DNA of 64,000 bases from an uncultured Clostridia bacterium (GTDB lineage Bacteria > Bacillota > Clostridia > TANB77 > CAG-508): NCBI GenBank assembly GCA_944387535.1, contig CALXFI010000001.1, positions 2,682 through 66,681 on the forward strand. Direction: 5' to 3'. Below are positions 59,767 to 64,000 of the stretch, piece after piece (the first letter of the stretch is position 1; each line of letters opens with the position of its first letter). The notes below the pieces were generated by a model. It did not search any database, was not told the DNA's origin, and saw only the letters and a program-made list of their open reading frames with translations. The translations under genes and the position numbers were made by a program.

Positions 59767-61518
59767 CTATTCATCTATTAACACTGCTTTTATTCTTCTT
59801 ACTCCTGATGAACTAGATTCTTCTTTTTTAATTTTAAATTTTCCAAGTTCACTTGTGTTCTTTACATGAGGTCCACCACAAAGTTCTTTTGATACATCTC
59901 CTATTGTATATACTGTTACTATATCTGGATATTTTTCAATAAACATACATTCTGCACCTGATTTTATTGCATCTTCTTTTTTCATTTCTTGTTTTGTTAC
60001 AGGCAAGCCCTCTTTTATCCATTTATTTACTAAATCTTCTATTTCTTGTTTTTCCTCTGATGTTAGTTTATGATCACAGTTAAAATCAAATCTCATCCTA
60101 TCTACTGTTATATTTGACCCTCTTTGATGAGCATCTTTTCCTATTACTCTCTTTATTGCTGCATTTAATAAATGTGTTGCTGTGTGATATTTTATTGTTT
60201 CTTCTGTCGTTTCAGCAAGACCACCTTTAAATTTTTGTTCTGAACCTGCTCTTGATTTTTCTTGATGTTTCTTAAATAATTCATTAAATTCATCCATATC
60301 TATTTTATATCCATTTTCTTCTGCAAGTTCTTTTGTTACCTCTGGTGGGAAACCATAAGTATCATATAATTTAAATACCACATTTCCTGGAATTATTTTT
60401 GTTTCTTCTAGTCTTCCTATTGCTTTTTCAAATTCTCTTTCACCTTTAGCAAGTGTTTTTACGAATTTATCTTTTTCTTCTATTATTACTTGTTCTATTG
60501 TTTCTCTATTTTTAATTAATTCTGGATACATTTCTCCCAAGTTTTCTACATAGATATCTATTAATGTTTTTAATTCACTTAAATCTATTTGTATTTTATT
60601 CATATGTCTAATCATTCTTCTTATTAATCTTCTTAATACATATCCTCTATCTAGATTACTTGGTCTTCCTCCGTCTGCTATTATCATCATACTTGAACGT
60701 AAGTGTTCTGCAATTATTCTTCTACTTTCTATAATATCTACTTTTTGTAACTCTTTTAGTTTCTCCATAACTGGACTAAATAATTCAGTATCAAATGGAG
60801 TTTCTTTTCCTTGTAATAACATTGTCATTCTTTCTAATCCAAGTCCAGTATCAACATTTCTTTGTTCTAATTTTCTATATCCATTTTTATCTTTGAAATA
60901 TTCCATAAACACATTATTCCAAATTTCTACATATTTACCACAATCGCAACTTGGTTGACAATCAGGTGAACATGCTGGCTTTCCTGTATCGTAGAACATC
61001 TCTGTATCTGGTCCACAAGGTCCTTCTTCTCCTGCTATCCACCAGTTATCATCTTTTCCATAATAATATATATGATCTTCTGGTATCCCTGCTTTTTTCC
61101 AAGCATTAGCTGCAACTTCATCTCTTGGACAATCTTCATCTCCTGCAAAACATGTTACAGATAATTTTTCTACTGGTATTCCTAATTCTTTTGTTAAGAA
61201 TTCGAAACTCATTGCGATTGATTCATCTTTAAAATAATCACCTAAAGACCAGTTTCCAAGCATTTCAAAAAATGTTAAATGACGGTTATCTCCTACCTCA
61301 TCAATATCATTTGTTCTTACACATTTTTGATAATCTGTAAGTCTTTTTCCTTCTGGATGTTTTTCTCCTAATAAATATGGTACTAATGGTTGCATTCCTG
61401 CTGTTGTAAATAATACAGAAGGGTCATTTTCTGGTATTAATGGTGCAGAAGGAATAACTGCATGTCCATGTCTCTTAAAATAGTCTAAATATTTTCTTCT
61501 TATTTCTATCGCTTTCAT
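59767..61518 (-). CDS. Alanine--tRNA ligase-like protein, compact 583-aa form. It has the catalytic, tRNA-recognition and editing domains but lacks the C-terminal C-Ala domain.
   Basis: AlaRS motifs FTTAGMQ, GPCGPDTEMFYD and GLGLERM in the catalytic domain. Editing-site HTATH and CGGPH. The protein ends about 25 aa after the editing domain. Confidence 0.7.
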   Translation of the reverse strand: MKAIEIRRKYLDYFKRHGHAVIPSAPLIPENDPSVLFTTAGMQPLVPYLLGEKHPEGKRLTDYQKCVRTNDIDEVGDNRHLTFFEMLGNWSLGDYFKDESIAMSFEFLTKELGIPVEKLSVTCFAGDEDCPRDEVAANAWKKAGIPEDHIYYYGKDDNWWIAGEEGPCGPDTEMFYDTGKPACSPDCQPSCDCGKYVEIWNNVFMEYFKDKNGYRKLEQRNVDTGLGLERMTMLLQGKETPFDTELFSPVMEKLKELQKVDIIESRRIIAEHLRSSMMIIADGGRPSNLDRGYVLRRLIRRMIRHMNKIQIDLSELKTLIDIYVENLGEMYPELIKNRETIEQVIIEEKDKFVKTLAKGEREFEKAIGRLEETKIIPGNVVFKLYDTYGFPPEVTKELAEENGYKIDMDEFNELFKKHQEKSRAGSEQKFKGGLAETTEETIKYHTATHLLNAAIKRVIGKDAHQRGSNITVDRMRFDFNCDHKLTSEEKQEIEDLVNKWIKEGLPVTKQEMKKEDAIKSGAECMFIEKYPDIVTVYTIGDVSKELCGGPHVKNTSELGKFKIKKEESSSSGVRRIKAVLIDE

Positions 61519-61736
61519 AACTCTCTCCTCTATTTTTCACTTTAACATTAAAATTATACTCTAAAACAAGCAAAAAATCAAGGAAAAAATGATATTTATT
61601 CTTTTTATAATATTAGCATATTTATATTCATATAATATGATTAATAAGTTTTACACAATTTGTTATGTAAAAGGCTCTTTTTGTCCATTTTTTTGTTAAA
61701 ATTATACTAAATTACAACGTTTACAAGGTGATTACA

Positions 61737-61964
61737 GTGAAATTTAAAAGATTGAAAGATTTAAGAGAAGATAATGATTTATTTCAAAAGCAAGTAGCAC
61801 AAGTACTTGGCATATCTCAACAATATTACTCAGAATACGAAAAAGGTAATAGAACTATACCTATATCACATTTAATTACATTAGCAAAATATTATGGAAC
61901 TTCAATAGATTATATTGTAGGTTTGTCAGATAATAAAAATATTAATAAGAAAAAAACAAGCTAA
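61737..61964 (+). CDS. XRE-family HTH transcriptional regulator (paralog of the ORF at 15106-15333)
   Basis: MKFKRLKDLREDNDLFQKQVAQVLGISQQYYSEYEKGNR.. GTG start with an AAGGTG ribosome-binding site. The track ORF begins 9 nt upstream at another GTG. Confidence 0.6.
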   Translation: MKFKRLKDLREDNDLFQKQVAQVLGISQQYYSEYEKGNRTIPISHLITLAKYYGTSIDYIVGLSDNKNINKKKTS

Positions 61965-62005
61965 TAATTTTATCTTTTTATAAAATTATGAACTTGTTTA
62001 TTTTT

Positions 62006-62560
62006 CTATATATCCATTTGTGTTCCTAAGAATGTAGCTGCTGACTGTGCTACTTTTTGCTCAACTTCATTCATCTTTTTATTTGCTTCTTTAGACATTA
62101 GAATGACCGTTCCAATTGTATCTCCATTAGATATTATAGGGTAGACAACTTGTGCATTATTTTTTCTCTCAGGATTTTCATTTTTAGTAATAGGCATTGC
62201 AATGTCACTATTATCTTTACTCATATACACTTCTTTATCTTCCATTAATTGCTCTAATTCTGGACTTACATCCTGTTCTAAAAATTCTTTTTTAGAACCT
62301 CCAGATACCGCTATAACTGTATCTTTATCAGTAATACAAGCAATATGTCCCGTAGTTTTTGATAAGGTTTCAGCATAACCTGCTGCGAATTCTGATAACT
62401 CACCTATTGGAGAATATTTTTTAAGTATTATTTGCCCTTCTCTATCTGTAAAAATTTCTAATGGTTCACCTTCTTTAATTCTCAAAGTTTTTCTTATTTC
62501 TTTTGGAATAACAACTCTTCCCAAATCATCTATTCTTCTTACAACTCCAGTTGCTTTCAT
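62006..62560 (-). CDS. spoVT: Stage V sporulation protein T (AbrB-type DNA-binding domain plus GAF domain)
   Basis: N-terminus MKATGVVRRIDDLGRVVIPKEIRKTLRIKEGEPLEIF. GAGGAGG ribosome-binding site. The upstream 24 codons of the track ORF lack a ribosome-binding site. Confidence 0.85.
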   Translation of the reverse strand: MKATGVVRRIDDLGRVVIPKEIRKTLRIKEGEPLEIFTDREGQIILKKYSPIGELSEFAAGYAETLSKTTGHIACITDKDTVIAVSGGSKKEFLEQDVSPELEQLMEDKEVYMSKDNSDIAMPITKNENPERKNNAQVVYPIISNGDTIGTVILMSKEANKKMNEVEQKVAQSAATFLGTQMDI

Positions 62561-62780
62561 AATCTTCCTCCTCTTAATTAAAGCTTTTTTGTTTATATTC
62601 TTATTATTACAAAAAAGGAAAAAAATATTCATTATATTTTAAAAATAGAATATTAATCAAAAATTTGTAAAAAATAAAAATACTAATATATGATGTAAAC
62701 TTTTTTTGTAACACCTGGTCAGATTTATTGTAAAAAAATAAATTAAAACATATAATAATCTTATAGAGGGGGATTATATT

Positions 62781-62942
62781 ATGAATAATAATACTAATGA
62801 AGTTCCTTATTTAAATGAAATTACAAAAGAATTTGATAAAAAAGAAAATGATTGGTTATTTGATGATGGAGAAGATTTTCTAGATGACGAGGATTGGCTA
62901 AATGGCGATGAAGATGACTTTTCTAATGATAATGATTTTTAA
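62781..62942 (+). CDS. Small highly acidic protein (53 aa), absent from the ORF track because it is under 60 aa
   Basis: Strong ribosome-binding site GAGGGGGA at 8-nt spacing to the ATG. Sequence MNNNTNEVPYLNEITKEFDKKENDWLFDDGEDFLDDEDWLNGDEDDFSNDNDF, with DW/DF acidic repeats. Confidence 0.35.
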   Translation: MNNNTNEVPYLNEITKEFDKKENDWLFDDGEDFLDDEDWLNGDEDDFSNDNDF

Positions 62943-63094
62943 AAATAATTTATTTAAAACATAAAAGTAACTTTTAGATTAGTTTTTTGCTAAAGCACTA
63001 AAGGATAGTAAAAAAGTAGATAATCAAAGTAACTTACTATATAATTACCTTAAAAAAAAGGCGTTTCTTTTTGTACTTTGAAACGCCTTTACTT

Positions 63095-64000
63095 TTATTT
63101 TACCTGTTTTAACTCTCCAGACTCATAATATTTTAAAAGTTGTTCTAAATCACTTATTTCTTCTTTTAATTTTTTACCAATATCCGTATCGCCCACACGT
63201 TTTCTTTCAATGCCTTTTTTCTTTACAATTATTTCTGATATTATATCTTTTTCTTCCTCAATTGCTTGTTCTACTGATTCAAATGGTTTGTTTTGGCTAA
63301 GGAGTAATCCATAAGAATTATATGTAAGAATATAACCCGCATTACCAGTTTTTGCCTGATAACTTTTTGCAAATCCTCCGGTCAATTATAAGAATTTTAC
63401 CATTACCTCTAATTGGGCTCTCCCCATCCTTTGCTTTAACTGGCATATGACCATTTACAATATGAGATTCTTTTAAATCTAAATTAAATTCTCCTAAAAT
63501 TTTATCGCAAATTTTCTCATCATATGTCAATGTATAATATGGATTCTTTATCTCCTTACTCATTTCTTTATCTTTTACAAAATAACTTTCGAAAGTTGCC
63601 ATTTTACTCTTTCCAAAAAATGGTGAGTCTGGTGATATCCATAAATACCACATTATATCTCTTAAATTTTTATCAACTTTTTCTTTATTGATCCATATCT
63701 TATTTACAGTATCATTTACTTCGTCTAAATACTGTTTTCCTTTCATTCTTTTTCCTAAGAACTCTACTTCTTTAAATTCTCCCGCTTCTGTCATTGGAAT
63801 ACAAGCATGGAACAATAAATTAGAATTAAATATTGTGTATAATTCTCCTTTTTTATATAAGAAATCTATATGTTCGTTTAATTTGGGGCTATTTTTAAAT
63901 GACTCACAAAGTCTCTCCATTATTTCTTTTTCTTCGTCTGTTAATTCATATATATTATCTTTTATTAATGTAGGAAAATTTGTATCATTTATTTCATATT
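63095..64000 (-). pseudogene. fbp: Fructose-1,6-bisphosphatase class 3, C-terminal two-thirds. It is split by a +1 frameshift near 63375 and continues beyond the window end.
   Basis: Two overlapping ORFs (63342-63920 and 63095-63385) together match ..HIVNGHMPVKAKDGESPIRGNGKILIID / GGFAKSYQAKTGNAGYILTYNSYG... The sequence ..attgacCGgaggattt.. carries one extra nucleotide relative to the frame that gives IDGGFAKSYQ. The upstream frame stays open to the window edge. Confidence 0.6.

Overview
This is a low-GC (about 28-30 % GC) Clostridium-like chromosomal segment. Sporulation genes spoIIM and spoVT and Clostridium-type housekeeping genes support that placement. Most genes lie on the minus strand.

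Recognisable housekeeping content includes mgtA, dnaE, a cytoplasmic alpha-amylase, tyrS, ftsY, a flavodiiron protein, the groES-groEL operon with a CIRCE operator, and ssrA (tmRNA). Further along are purB, a glycogen/alpha-glucan phosphorylase, xerD, spoIIM, rnhA, a TmcAL/YlbM-type protein, and argH-argG preceded by a T-box leader. The window ends with dprA, folD, ligA, a sortase, a HIT protein, a compact AlaRS-like gene, spoVT and a frameshifted class-3 fbp gene that runs off the 3' end.

The accessory and unusual content is as follows:
- A compact three-gene unit encodes a GNAT acetyltransferase, a 40-aa Cys-containing peptide and a radical-SAM/SPASM enzyme. The peptide gene has its own promoter, strikingly high GC and an attenuator hairpin, which makes the unit a candidate for a previously undescribed RiPP locus.
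- A tRNA-Tyr gene is interrupted in its anticodon loop by a group I intron of about 228 nt.
- An array of nine degenerate 21-bp direct repeats lies upstream of the nnr gene.
- Two families of GC-rich palindromic intergenic repeat elements are present.
- An IS607-like element carries a decayed tnpA and an intact tnpB.
- A tnpB-only IS200/IS605-like element is inserted in a polysaccharide deacetylase gene.
- Next to the 3' end of ssrA is a tandem array of acidic paralogous proteins, each followed by a conserved terminator module.
- A second pair of unknown paralogs lies beside xerD.

Coordinates for RNA and motif features were hand-indexed and may be off by 1-2 nt.
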